Shown here in pieces: positions 47,633 to 57,323 of a stretch of 57,423 nt of DNA (position 1 is the first letter of the stretch; each line of letters starts with the position of its first letter). Source of the stretch: Flavobacteriales bacterium (GTDB taxonomy: Bacteria; Bacteroidota; Bacteroidia; Flavobacteriales; CAJXXR01). Made by a program: the position numbers and the translations under genes. A model generated the notes under the pieces. It was not told the DNA's origin and did not search any database. It worked only from the letters and a program-made list of their open reading frames with translations. The DNA is taken from the NCBI GenBank assembly GCA_049609625.1, contig JBMYYR010000004.1:1-57423 (forward strand), given 5' to 3'.

Positions 47633-48979
47633 TTAGTTTTGGTTTTTCCAGTTTTTGCTCAATGGTAAGCTAACAAAATCTTCATCAATTTGGATGTAAA
47701 TTTTTGGAATAGTTCGTGCTTGCCAAGCTTCTATTTGGGTATCTTGCCTCGATTGTTCAGCCATGCGTTGAACATATTGATAATCGTCTTTGAGGTTTAA
47801 AATATGTTTTTCTTTTTTGCTTTTGACATACAAGATTCGATAGCCTTCTTTGCCATCTTCTTGTTTAAAATAGCTTGGTTCTGAAACCTCTTCGAGTTCG
47901 AGATTTTCAACTACCGAGGCTATTGCAGGATCCAATTCTTCGGTTTCAAAAAACGTTGTTCTTGTTTGTGGATTGATCATCAAACCACCATTTTGCTTAG
48001 TCTGTTCATCATCTGAATGTTCCAAACAAGCATCCGAAAAATTAATCGCTTCCTCTTCTATCGCCATTTTTATCTTAGCTAAGGCTTCTTTGGTTTCGTC
48101 TAACTGTGGCTGACCAATGGTTGGGCTTATCAAAATATGACGAATGTCGACTACCTCTCCACTTCTAGCCTCTAATTTCACAATGTGATAGCCATATTCG
48201 GTTTTAAAAGGATCTGAAATTTCGCCCACACTCAAGCTATACATCACATCTTCAAAAGCCTTCACAAACATACCGCGTTTGATGCCCTTGTAGAGTCCGC
48301 CCTGAAGCGAAGAACCTGGATCTTCGGAGTATAGAATAGCTAAAGTTGCAAAAGATTCTCCTTCCAAAATACGTTGTTTAAAATCATCTAATTTACTGAT
48401 TGTCAAACTAATACTTTCCTTGTTTGGTTTTGGATATTTCAGTAATTGACCTATTTGCAATTGATTCCCAACCTCTGGCAAACTGTCTTTTGGTATCGAA
48501 TGATAGAAGGTTTTAATTTCTCCTGGAGTCAGTTTTATGTCCGAAATTATATTCCATTTCGCCGATTGCACCAAGCTTTGCTCACGCATTGGCTCACGCA
48601 TATCGTCTTTCAACTCTTCGATCGTTTTGCCAAAATGTTTTTCTAAAGCTTCTATACTCCCAACCTGACCTGCAATATATTGCAAACGGCTTTCAATTTG
48701 CGACTCGATTTGGTCTTCGTCAACCGTAACACTATCTACTCTGGCCTTATAAAGCATTAATTTTTGAGCCAACATATCTTCAAAAACAAAGGCTTCAAAG
48801 GTCTTATCAATCTCTTGACCTTGGTTTTTAAATTGTGTGATTTGATCCTGATAATCCGAAAAATAAATAGGTTCGTCGGCCACAACAGCAATCACTCTAT
48901 CAATCTCAATGCGATCTTTTGGCTGAGCAAATACACTGCTGATCATCAGGCTAAAAATAACTATACTAAGGTGTTTCAT
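47633..48979 (-). CDS. SurA-like periplasmic peptidyl-prolyl isomerase (parvulin type)
   Basis: Signal peptide and the PpiC domain GGLYKGIKRGMFVKAFEDV..EYGYHIVKL. Confidence 0.8.
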   Translation of the reverse strand: MKHLSIVIFSLMISSVFAQPKDRIEIDRVIAVVADEPIYFSDYQDQITQFKNQGQEIDKTFEAFVFEDMLAQKLMLYKARVDSVTVDEDQIESQIESRLQYIAGQVGSIEALEKHFGKTIEELKDDMREPMREQSLVQSAKWNIISDIKLTPGEIKTFYHSIPKDSLPEVGNQLQIGQLLKYPKPNKESISLTISKLDDFKQRILEGESFATLAILYSEDPGSSLQGGLYKGIKRGMFVKAFEDVMYSLSVGEISDPFKTEYGYHIVKLEARSGEVVDIRHILISPTIGQPQLDETKEALAKIKMAIEEEAINFSDACLEHSDDEQTKQNGGLMINPQTRTTFFETEELDPAIASVVENLELEEVSEPSYFKQEDGKEGYRILYVKSKKEKHILNLKDDYQYVQRMAEQSRQDTQIEAWQARTIPKIYIQIDEDFVSLPLSKNWKNQN

Positions 48980-48984
48980 AGGTT

Positions 48985-49830
48985 CTAATAGAATTCAAAC
49001 TTACCTTCTTCAAGCGCGTTTTCAAACAATTTGTTTTCTAAGCTTTTAAGGAGTTTGTGTTTTCGTTGATGTAAAATTAAGTTTTGTACTTGGTCTTTGA
49101 CGTAGTTTAAGGGCGGAATTTGGTCTTTTATTGTAAAGTCAACTATTTTTAACAGGTAATAGTCGGTTTCGCCTTCTAGAACCAACACCTCTTTTGTGTT
49201 CAAAATAGTGTCCTTATTCTGCTCTTTGATTGGGAGCTCTTCTATAAAATCATCCAGCTGAACCCATTCGTCTTTATTCAAATACGACCGTCGAGCATAC
49301 ATGTGGCAATAGTCTTCGAGCCAAGTTAAATCATCGTCCTGTTCCAAATACAAACGCGCTTTTACTTCGTCCAAATTTGGAGCATCTTTTGAAAGACGAA
49401 TATAATTGAGTTTCAAAATACTCGATTTCAACATAAAAGTAGATTTATTCCTCATATAATAAACCTCCAATTCCTGTTCGCTAATAAGAGTGTCTAAATA
49501 CTGACTCAGGTATTTTTGCTCAAACCGATGTGTAATCAATGATTTTTTATAGCGCTCCACTAAGGTTTGAATTTCTAACTCATCCTCCTGCAGATTAAAT
49601 TGAGCGTGTTCTAAAAGAGCTTGTTCTTTTGCCCACGAGTTTACAAATTGCTCCAAAAACTCTAAGCTATCTTTTGGCGACACATGTTTGTTCATAACCA
49701 AATTAAAGTCTTGTATTCTGAGTTTAGAATCCTGATAACGAGCCAGATAATCTTCATTGTCTGATTCAGAAAACAAGCCACAACCCGAACAGATTAAGAC
49801 TAATAAAAGTGAAGCAAAAGCATGTTTCAT
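48985..49830 (-). CDS. Hypothetical lipoprotein within the PPIase cluster
   Basis: Lipobox LICSGC; helical with no rotamase motif. It is flanked by two parvulin-type PPIase genes at 6- and 13-bp spacing. Confidence 0.5.
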   Translation of the reverse strand: MKHAFASLLLVLICSGCGLFSESDNEDYLARYQDSKLRIQDFNLVMNKHVSPKDSLEFLEQFVNSWAKEQALLEHAQFNLQEDELEIQTLVERYKKSLITHRFEQKYLSQYLDTLISEQELEVYYMRNKSTFMLKSSILKLNYIRLSKDAPNLDEVKARLYLEQDDDLTWLEDYCHMYARRSYLNKDEWVQLDDFIEELPIKEQNKDTILNTKEVLVLEGETDYYLLKIVDFTIKDQIPPLNYVKDQVQNLILHQRKHKLLKSLENKLFENALEEGKFEFY

Positions 49831-49842
49831 AAAGGATTTATT

Positions 49843-51813
49843 CTAGTTTTTGCTACTATCTTTTTGCATTTGCTCAAGAATGTCTGTATGAATTTTGATT
49901 TGATGTTTAGACTTCAATTCTTCAATCCATAGTTGTTCCAAATAGGTTTGGTAAGCTGAAATAGCGAGTCCTTTTGATTTTTTGAATGTTCTGGGCTCGG
50001 GCATCATTTCTTTAGTTATGTGCAAGAAAATACTGTTCGTTCCTTTCTTCCCGATATTGGTGTAGCCCACATTCCAATCCAAAGCATCAATAGCTTTATC
50101 CTTGCCTGCCTCAAACGTTTTTGTTGTATAATTGAAGTTCAACGATGAGGTTTTATTCAACTTAGCCTGAATTTGCTCTGGCTCTAAGTTTTTCTTAATC
50201 AATAGTTTTCTAGCTTTTTTTGCTATCTTTTTTGAGGCACATTCAAACAGTGTGGCTTCTATACGTTTGGCATACATAAATTCGTCTGGGTGCGCCTCAA
50301 AATACGATTTTACTGCCGTGGTGTCTTCAATGGCTTTATCCCAAATACGCTCTTTAGACACTTCGTAGAGCAACATACCGTCGTGATATTCCTGAATCAA
50401 TAATCGATATTTTGGATACTTTCTGTCCAATTGAGTTTCTTCGTAAGCCAAAATTTTAGCTTTTGCAATAACCGCCAAACCATTCATAATATATTTGATC
50501 TTAGCTGGTGTTGCTGCCAATTCTTTTCGCCGAACGTGTAGAGTATTTAATAAATCAAGCTGAGAGAATGTTTGATTGGCAAAGGTAAAAACAGGCATCT
50601 GAAAGCGTTCGCCCAACGTGTTTGGCGTCCATTCCTGAGCATTAAACTCTTTTGTTTCTATGTATGGAAGTAGGGTTTTGATGCCCTCTTCGTGGAAAAC
50701 AAAATTGTATTCTTTTTTTAGTTTATCGATAAATGCTTGAGAAGATTTGAGTGTACGTTCGTTTGTCGCTAGTTTTTTTCTCAGAAAGTCAGCTTCGTTC
50801 TCAAATGAACCAATATTTCTAGATCCTAATAGTTTTAAAATATGATAGCCGTATTTGGTTTCAAATGGTGCCGAAATTTCATTATTTTCTTTTAATGCAA
50901 AGGCCGCATTTTCAAAAGCCTCAAGCTTTGAGCCTGTTCCAAACCAGTCCATCATTCCGCCTCTACTCGCCGTTTTGGTGTCCTGAGAATAGGTTTTTAC
51001 GAGTTTAGAAAAATCAGCTCCTGTTTTCAATTTTCCATAAATCTCATCAATTTTCTTTTTGTTTTCTTTGATCTTTGCTTCGTTTCCATCCTTAGGGTGT
51101 TTCAGGAACAAATGCGCCACTTGGCGTTCTCCGGGATTTAAACGTTTGTCGGTTACGTTCAGAATATGATATCCAAATTGTGTTCTTACAGGCATCGAAA
51201 CCTCTCCGACCTTGGTATTGTAGGCGGCAGTCTCAAATGGATAAACCATTTTCAAAACAGTAAAAAAGCCTAAATCGCCTTCATTTTTAACAACCGATGG
51301 ATCTTTAGAGTAGGCTTTCGCAATACTTACGAAGTCGGCACCTTTATTGATTTTATTACGCGCTTCAATTGCTGTGTTGTAAGCTTTCAACGTGTCGGCC
51401 GGTGAAGCATTTTCGGCACATGTAATCAAAATATGACTAGCTTTCACTTCATAACGCAAACGCTCATAAGTTTCTTTAAGGATGGCATCTTCGGTTTCCG
51501 AATCGGTTAAAAAACTCTTTGCTATTTGTTTTTTATACCCATTAAACTCTGTTTTGAAACTTGGCTTATTGGCATATCCTGAAGCTTCGGCATCCAACAC
51601 TTTAAGTTTGAACTGAACAAACAGATCAAGGTATTCGTCTAATGTTTTAGGATCAACTTGCTCTGCTAAAGCTCTGTTTTTATTATAAATATGAGAAAAT
51701 TCTTCAACCGTGTAATGGTTGTCGTCTATGCTTATCAGTACGTCATTCGGCTCTGGCTGAGCAAAAAGTGAGAAACTGCTGATAAAAAGAAAAGAAATAA
51801 TAATCGATTTCAT
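49843..51813 (-). CDS. Periplasmic peptidyl-prolyl isomerase with two parvulin domains
   Basis: Signal peptide MKSIIISFLFISSFSLFAQ and two PpiC domains (FGYHILNV, YGYHILKL). The track ORF extends to 51882 and would overlap guaB. Confidence 0.8.
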   Translation of the reverse strand: MKSIIISFLFISSFSLFAQPEPNDVLISIDDNHYTVEEFSHIYNKNRALAEQVDPKTLDEYLDLFVQFKLKVLDAEASGYANKPSFKTEFNGYKKQIAKSFLTDSETEDAILKETYERLRYEVKASHILITCAENASPADTLKAYNTAIEARNKINKGADFVSIAKAYSKDPSVVKNEGDLGFFTVLKMVYPFETAAYNTKVGEVSMPVRTQFGYHILNVTDKRLNPGERQVAHLFLKHPKDGNEAKIKENKKKIDEIYGKLKTGADFSKLVKTYSQDTKTASRGGMMDWFGTGSKLEAFENAAFALKENNEISAPFETKYGYHILKLLGSRNIGSFENEADFLRKKLATNERTLKSSQAFIDKLKKEYNFVFHEEGIKTLLPYIETKEFNAQEWTPNTLGERFQMPVFTFANQTFSQLDLLNTLHVRRKELAATPAKIKYIMNGLAVIAKAKILAYEETQLDRKYPKYRLLIQEYHDGMLLYEVSKERIWDKAIEDTTAVKSYFEAHPDEFMYAKRIEATLFECASKKIAKKARKLLIKKNLEPEQIQAKLNKTSSLNFNYTTKTFEAGKDKAIDALDWNVGYTNIGKKGTNSIFLHITKEMMPEPRTFKKSKGLAISAYQTYLEQLWIEELKSKHQIKIHTDILEQMQKDSSKN

Positions 51814-51841
51814 AAAAAATGAGTTCATAAAAGAGTTTAGT

Positions 51842-53314
51842 TTATCTTGAATAATTTGGTGCTTCTTTGGTAATAGACACATCGTGTGGGTGGCTTTCGT
51901 GGATACCAGCGGAGGTTATTCTCACAAATTTCGCTGTTTGTAAATCTTCTACTTTCTTGGCACCGCAGTAGCCCATACTTGCTCTCAAACCTCCAATAAA
52001 TTGATACATCACTTCGCGGAGTGAACCCTTGTAGGCCACACGGCCAACAATGCCTTCTGGTACTAGTTTTTTATCATCATCTTCGTTGGCCTGAAAATAC
52101 CGATCTTTAGATCCTTGTTTCATAGCGTCAATAGACCCCATTCCTCGATAGGTTTTATATTTTCTACCTTCAAAAATCACGGTGTCTCCTGGAGCTTCTT
52201 CGGTTCCTGCCAGCAGAGAGCCCAACATCACCGAGCTGGCACCGCCTGCTAGTGCTTTGGCAATATCGCCCGTAAATCGAATCCCACCATCGGCAATCAA
52301 AGGTACATCCGTTCCTTTCAACACTTCAGCAACATTCATCACGGCTGTTAATTGCGGCATTCCCACGCCTGCTACCACACGGGTTGTACAGATTGATCCT
52401 GGACCTATTCCAACTTTGATAGCGTCTGCGCCAGCATCTAGCAAAAATTTGGCTGCTTCTGCCGTGGCAATATTTCCCACAACTACATCTAAATCAGAAA
52501 ATTGACTTTTTACTTTTTTCAACACATCAACCACGCCTTGTGTATGTCCATGGGCGGTGTCTACAACGATGGCATCTACGCCAGCTTTTACCAATTTTTC
52601 TACACGATCAATCACATCAGCTGTTACGCCAACGGCCGCCGCTACGCAAAGTCTCCCATATTTATCTTTGCAAGAGTTTGGGTTTTCTTTGACTTTGATG
52701 ATGTCTCGAAAGGTAATCAAGCCCACCAATTCATCTTTGTCGTTGACTACGGGTAGTTTTTCTATTTTATTTTTTTGAAGGATGAGTTCAGCTTCCTTGA
52801 GAGACGTTTTTTCGCCTGTGGTATGCAAAGGCATCTGTGTCATGACTTCGCTTATCGGTTTTGATAATTTATTTTCAAAACGCAAATCTCTATTGGTTAC
52901 AATACCTATCAGCTTCTTGTCTTGGTCCACCACCGGAATACCTCCAATACCATGTTCGCTCATCATATTTTTAGCATCCAAAACTGTGGAGTTTTGATGC
53001 AAAGTCAACGGATCGAGAATCATAGCACTTTCGGCTCGTTTCACTTTTCTGATTTCGTTGGACTGAGCTTCTACAGTCATGTTTTTGTGCAACACCGCAA
53101 TACCGCCTTCTCTTGCCATAGAAATGGCCATGGCCGATTCCGACACTGTGTCCATTGCTGCAGCAACTACTGGTGCATTCAGACTTATGTTTCGAGAAAA
53201 TTTGGTTTTTATGCTTACTTCTTTTGGTAGAACTTCCGAGTAAGCCGGGATAAGAAGCACATCATCATAAGTAAGTCCTTCTCCTAAAAAGCGGTCGGCA
53301 TGAATTGCTCTCAT
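51842..53314 (-). CDS. guaB: IMP dehydrogenase
   Basis: [12 protein letters not shown], a CBS pair and the catalytic loop [12 protein letters not shown]. Confidence 0.95.
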   Translation of the reverse strand: MRAIHADRFLGEGLTYDDVLLIPAYSEVLPKEVSIKTKFSRNISLNAPVVAAAMDTVSESAMAISMAREGGIAVLHKNMTVEAQSNEIRKVKRAESAMILDPLTLHQNSTVLDAKNMMSEHGIGGIPVVDQDKKLIGIVTNRDLRFENKLSKPISEVMTQMPLHTTGEKTSLKEAELILQKNKIEKLPVVNDKDELVGLITFRDIIKVKENPNSCKDKYGRLCVAAAVGVTADVIDRVEKLVKAGVDAIVVDTAHGHTQGVVDVLKKVKSQFSDLDVVVGNIATAEAAKFLLDAGADAIKVGIGPGSICTTRVVAGVGMPQLTAVMNVAEVLKGTDVPLIADGGIRFTGDIAKALAGGASSVMLGSLLAGTEEAPGDTVIFEGRKYKTYRGMGSIDAMKQGSKDRYFQANEDDDKKLVPEGIVGRVAYKGSLREVMYQFIGGLRASMGYCGAKKVEDLQTAKFVRITSAGIHESHPHDVSITKEAPNYSR

Positions 53315-53322
53315 ATACTTTG

Positions 53323-53330
53323 CAAATTTA
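53323..53330 (-). promoter_or_regulatory. Bacteroidota-type -7 box (TAAATTTG on the minus strand) just upstream of guaB
   Basis: An exact TAnnTTTG match whose last base lies 8 nt before the guaB ATG. Confidence 0.3.
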
Positions 53331-53583
53331 AAATTGCATGCAAAGATACAACTAATTCATTCATCCATTTGCTAAAAATTCATAAAACTAAAAGCCCTGC
53401 TCATGAGCTATTATTTTTTAGGCAAAGAACAACAGATTGGCTCAGTATGGATTGTTTTGATGGTATTGAACTCCAATTTGGAGCGGACTACTATTGCCTT
53501 GCTACGAAACTAAAGTGCCCTATGTTTACATTTGCACTAATGTAGGCTGTTGATTCTAGGTGGTATTTTCAATATATGTTCAG

Positions 53584-54306
53584 TTATTCTTTTTTATTAG
53601 TTGCTGGCAGAACCCTATACTTCAGCCTTGGATAATCCGACATTCTCAACTTATCTTTTTGCAATTCGGCCAAAGCATTTTTTGCAATCCATTTTGCAGA
53701 TTTGCTCTCAAATTTCAATAATTCATTAGCAACTTCTATTGCTTTTCTATTCAGGTCAATATTTCGTTTTCCAATATTTCTTAACGACCAATTTACTGCT
53801 TTTTTCACATACAACCTGTCGTCATTTGCCTCACGCTTTATTATCGGAAAAAATTGCTCAAATAGTTCGTTTTCCGACGTTTTATCTGCCATACAATAGG
53901 AAGCCATAATGGCAAATCCGGCTCGTTTTTCAAATTCAGGTTCTCTTTCTGTCCATTCCAATATTTTGGCAAGAGCAAATTTGCTTTTAGAAAAAAGTCC
54001 CATACTGAAACTGTCGCAAATTTCCCAATTCTCGAACGTCTTAACCCATTTTTCCATCAACGGCTCGGTAATAGCTACCGGTTTGAACATTTTGCTACAC
54101 AACAGCCGACCTTCGTAAATTCCGCTGTCAAAAAGTTGCAAGGCGAGTTCGTTATTTTGTCCAATTTCTTTGGCTATTATTTTCAGTTCCTTATGGTAAA
54201 TTCCCAAAGAGTTGTTTGCTTTTATTCCAAACTTTTTTTCTTTAAAAACAACCTTTTCGGTATCTTTTAGGTCATAAAGACATGCTATGATTTCGTTGTA
54301 AGTCAC
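53584..54306 (-). CDS. DNA alkylation repair protein (AlkD-like HEAT-repeat family)
   Basis: LYVKKAVNWSLRNIGKRN and RAGFAIMASYCMADK fit the pattern I know for this family. Confidence 0.65.
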   Translation of the reverse strand: MTYNEIIACLYDLKDTEKVVFKEKKFGIKANNSLGIYHKELKIIAKEIGQNNELALQLFDSGIYEGRLLCSKMFKPVAITEPLMEKWVKTFENWEICDSFSMGLFSKSKFALAKILEWTEREPEFEKRAGFAIMASYCMADKTSENELFEQFFPIIKREANDDRLYVKKAVNWSLRNIGKRNIDLNRKAIEVANELLKFESKSAKWIAKNALAELQKDKLRMSDYPRLKYRVLPATNKKE

Positions 54307-54337
54307 TTATTTTTTTGAGTTTATTTCTATGGCTTGT

Positions 54338-54682
54338 TTAGTGATCTCCGTGATTATGTGTTAGAATTACAGCAATTGGTTTGTCTATCAAATCGGTATC
54401 GGCTCTTAATTCTGCGCCTGCACCTGGTGCAAAAGATGCTCCTACATCTACAAGTGTTACTCCTGTTTCAGATTCTACAATTGTAGACGTTGTACCGCCA
54501 ACCGTTACAAAATGGTATCTTATTGTGTTTTCGGTCATAACCTCAGCTGTTCCTGTTGTTAATCCAGCAGTTGATGGTTTTCACCAAAGTCAACTTTTTT
54601 TGGCTCATCATCCTTTTTACACGACGCGAACACCAATAGCATTACACAAGATAGTGCGCTTAATAGATTTTTTTTTGTTCAT
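54338..54682 (-). pseudogene. Decayed MBL-fold metallo-hydrolase lipoprotein gene: at least 2 frameshifts and 3' truncation
   Basis: Three frames are needed. The first gives MNKKK. The second gives NLLSALSCVMLLVFASCKKDDEPKK, a lipoprotein signal. The third gives ...LVDVGAS...AVILTHNHGDH (HxHxDH motif), followed immediately by a stop at 54338-54340. Confidence 0.7.
54668..54676 (-). repeat. A9 homopolymer tract at codons 3-5 of the decayed lipoprotein gene
   Basis: T9 on the plus strand. A length of 8 or 11 would place ATG AAC in frame with the lipoprotein signal peptide. Confidence 0.8.
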
Positions 54683-55128
54683 TGAAATTGTTTTTTTTAC
54701 TCCTACTCCGCTTTAATGTCTCTTTTCAGAAAATTCAGACTATTTCTAATTAATATCGCGAAATATACTAATTTAATTTTTTAAAAAAAATTAAACTTCA
54801 ACAAACACATTCGTAAGCATTCAACGTTAACCTATTTTTGCACGAGTTACCCATAAGATAGCTTTCCTTTGACCTCTATCAACACCGCATTTTTGGACAT
54901 CAACACCTCGAGAAATACTAGAATAAATATATGACTTTCAACAATAAAACTAAATATAATTATCGAATACAAAACAGTTAGCATACTGATGGTTAAGAGC
55001 ACATAGTAAGGCCAATATCACATAAAAAAACTTGCGATAGCTTTGTTTAAATGCGTTCTCGTCTGTGCTTTGAAAAAAAAAACTGAAAGTAAATGAGGTC
55101 TTAATTTCCATATTTAAAATCAAAAAAC

Positions 55129-55136
55129 TATTTTTG
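55129..55136 (+). promoter_or_regulatory. Bacteroidota-type -7 box (TATTTTTG) upstream of sucC
   Basis: An exact TAnnTTTG match 22 nt upstream of the sucC ATG. Confidence 0.4.
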
Positions 55137-55157
55137 CTCCTAATAAAAAAAACGACC

Positions 55158-56348
55158 ATGAATTTACACGAATTCCAAGGAAAAGAAATACTAGCAAGCT
55201 ACGGTGTTGGCATCCAAAGAGGTATTGTAGCCTCGACGCCAGAAGCTGCCGTTGAAGCCGCAAAAACATTAACTGAAGAAACCGGAACCGGATGGCACGT
55301 TGTGAAAGCACAAGTGCACGCAGGCGGTAGAGGAAAAGGCGGAGGCGTGAAGCTTGCCAAAAACCTCGACGAAGTGAGAGACCGCGCAAACGACATCATC
55401 GGAATGCAATTGGTAACGCCACAAACGTCTGCCGAAGGAAAAAAAGTACATCAAGTGTTGATTGCTGAAGATGTTTATTACCCAGGAGAAACTGAAACGT
55501 CTGAGATTTATATGTCGGTGTTGATGAACAGAGCGACAGGTCGAAATATGATTATGTATTCTACTGAAGGTGGAATGGATATTGAAGAAGTGGCTGAAAA
55601 AACAGCCCATTTAATCTTTACCGAAGAAATTGATCCTACAGTAGGTCTTCAAGGTTTTCAGGCCAGAAAAATTGCCTTCAATTTAGGCTTGGAGGGCTTG
55701 GCGTATAAAAACATGGTCAAATTTGTATTCAGTTTATACAAAGCGTTTGAATCTACAGATTCATCAATGTTTGAAATCAACCCAGTGCTAAAAACCTCTG
55801 ATAATAAAATTATTGCTGTTGATGCCAAAGTGAGTATTGATGACAACGCCTTGTATCGTCACAAAGACATTGCGGCATTGAGAGACACACGCGAAGAAGA
55901 TGCCACTGAAGTTGAAGCTGGAGAATATGGATTAAACTTCGTAAAACTAGACGGAAACGTTGGCTGTATGGTAAATGGTGCTGGTTTGGCAATGGCAACT
56001 ATGGACATCATTAAAATGTCTGGCGGAAACCCAGCTAACTTTTTAGATGTTGGCGGAACTGCTGATGCTCAACGTGTTGAGCAAGCTTTTCGAATTATTT
56101 TGAGAGATAAGAATGTAAAAGCAATCTTAGTCAATATTTTTGGTGGAATTGTTCGTTGCGACCGTGTTGCTAACGGAATTGTTGATGCTTGCAAAAACAT
56201 GACTGATATTAATGTACCAATTATTGTTAGACTTCAAGGGACAAATGCCGTTGAAGCAAAACAAATTATAGATGAATCTGGTTTAGAAGTGCACTCGGCA
56301 ATTGCCCTTCAAGACGCTGCTGACCTTGTGAAAAAGTTAGTTTCTTAA
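55158..56348 (+). CDS. sucC: Succinate--CoA ligase (ADP-forming) beta subunit
   Basis: MNLHEFQGKEILASYGV, KAQVHAGGRGKGGGVK and NIFGGIVRCD. The track ORF starts 24 nt upstream. Confidence 0.95.
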   Translation: MNLHEFQGKEILASYGVGIQRGIVASTPEAAVEAAKTLTEETGTGWHVVKAQVHAGGRGKGGGVKLAKNLDEVRDRANDIIGMQLVTPQTSAEGKKVHQVLIAEDVYYPGETETSEIYMSVLMNRATGRNMIMYSTEGGMDIEEVAEKTAHLIFTEEIDPTVGLQGFQARKIAFNLGLEGLAYKNMVKFVFSLYKAFESTDSSMFEINPVLKTSDNKIIAVDAKVSIDDNALYRHKDIAALRDTREEDATEVEAGEYGLNFVKLDGNVGCMVNGAGLAMATMDIIKMSGGNPANFLDVGGTADAQRVEQAFRIILRDKNVKAILVNIFGGIVRCDRVANGIVDACKNMTDINVPIIVRLQGTNAVEAKQIIDESGLEVHSAIALQDAADLVKKLVS

Positions 56349-56397
56349 ATCAGTTTTGATGATATTTAGAATCTAAAGCTGATTCTAAACAAAAAAA

Positions 56398-56426
56398 GCC
56401 AGTTCTGTTGAACTGGCTTTTTTTTT
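56398..56426 (+). terminator. Rho-independent terminator after sucC
   Basis: Stem gccagttc / gaactggc, loop tgtt, then T9. Confidence 0.85.
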
Positions 56427-56462
56427 GAATAAATTTTTTATTTAACATGAAGTTTGATCTAA

Positions 56463-56972
56463 GGTTCTTTGTTATATCTCGACGCTATTGCTATGATTTT
56501 CATTTCTTTATATTATGATGTCAAGCGACCTAAAAAAGTACTTACTATACCCAATGTATTACCAAAAGAGGAAGGCTATTTGTTTATAAAAGACAGCAAG
56601 GGCAAAAAAGACCGAAAGACCATTTTGTCTGATCATTTGGTCGATTAACTGAGGGAATATTACCGAAAAGAAAAGCCTTCCTATTGGCTGTTTGAAGGAC
56701 AAACGGGCGGCAAATACAGTACTACAAGTATTCGTGCTATATTCAGGAAAGCTGTAAAGGAAACCAACTCCAATCCTTGGGCAACGGTGCATACACTCCG
56801 CCATTCCTTTGCAACCCACTGTATAGAAAACAATATAAACCTGCGGTATTTGCAAAATATGCTGGGGCATAACTCTCCAAAAACCACCGAAATCTATACT
56901 AAAACCATCCAATATGAACAACAAAAGTGTAGAAAGCCCTTTGGATGGTTTGTTGAAAAACACTACATTTGA
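56463..56972 (+). pseudogene. Tyrosine recombinase/integrase relic with an in-frame stop and internal deletion
   Basis: A single frame reads ..YYDVKRPKKVLTIPNVLPKEE|GYLFIKDSKGKKDRKTILSDHLVD*LREYYRKEKPSYWLFEG...VHTLRHSFATHCIENNINLRYLQNMLGHNSPKTTEIYT. A TAA lies at 56646-56648. The HxLRHSFAT, LGH and Y motifs are present, but the segment carrying the first catalytic Arg is missing. Confidence 0.8.
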
Positions 56973-57080
56973 GACTTGAAACTATAGGCGATATATCAAC
57001 AATAGAGATGTATGTGTATTGGGCAACATTAGGAAAAACCGATAGAATTTCGGATATTTGGATTATAAAAGAATAATAAA

Positions 57081-57323
57081 ATGGCAACAGTTGACAAAAT
57101 AAGAACCGGATTAATTGACAAAATTCTTTCAATTAATAATAAAGATTTTTTAGAAGCACTTGATAAATTAATTTCATCAAGCAAATCTGAATCAGAAATT
57201 GTGGAATTAACTAATGAGCAAAAAGTAATGTTGGAAATGAGTGAAAAAGATATAAAAATGGGAAAACTCATTTCTCAAGACGCAATGAATAAAAGAAATC
57301 TTGAATGGCTAAACGCAATATAG
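57081..57323 (+). CDS. Putative antitoxin (addiction-module component-like)
   Basis: An 80-aa helical protein. LTNEQKVMLEMSEKDIKMGKLISQDAMNKRNLEWL resembles the C-terminal pattern of small Bacteroidota antitoxins. It overlaps the following toxin ORF by 19 nt. Confidence 0.55.
   Translation: MATVDKIRTGLIDKILSINNKDFLEALDKLISSSKSESEIVELTNEQKVMLEMSEKDIKMGKLISQDAMNKRNLEWLNAI

Noticed and set aside
52182-53230. A series of 70-107-aa plus-strand ORFs
   Set aside because: All lie antisense to guaB, whose translation is unambiguous. They have no motifs and shadow-frame composition.
53300-53545. An 81-aa plus-strand ORF in the guaB upstream region, and a 69-aa minus ORF at 54950-55159
   Set aside because: Neither has recognisable motifs or a signal. 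The first starts inside guaB antisense sequence, the second has AT-rich composition, and both are more likely non-coding.
54773-54794. An AT-only near-palindrome ttaatttttt aaaaaaaattaa
   Set aside because: It is pure A/T low-complexity sequence in an AT-rich spacer. The arms are unequal (6 T versus 8 A), and there is no flanking gene for which it would be a sensible operator or terminator.
56559-56963. A 134-aa minus-strand ORF in the right-end accessory region
   Set aside because: The plus strand of the same DNA carries clear tyrosine-recombinase motifs (HTLRHSFAT, LGH, EIYT). The minus ORF is the shadow of that relic.
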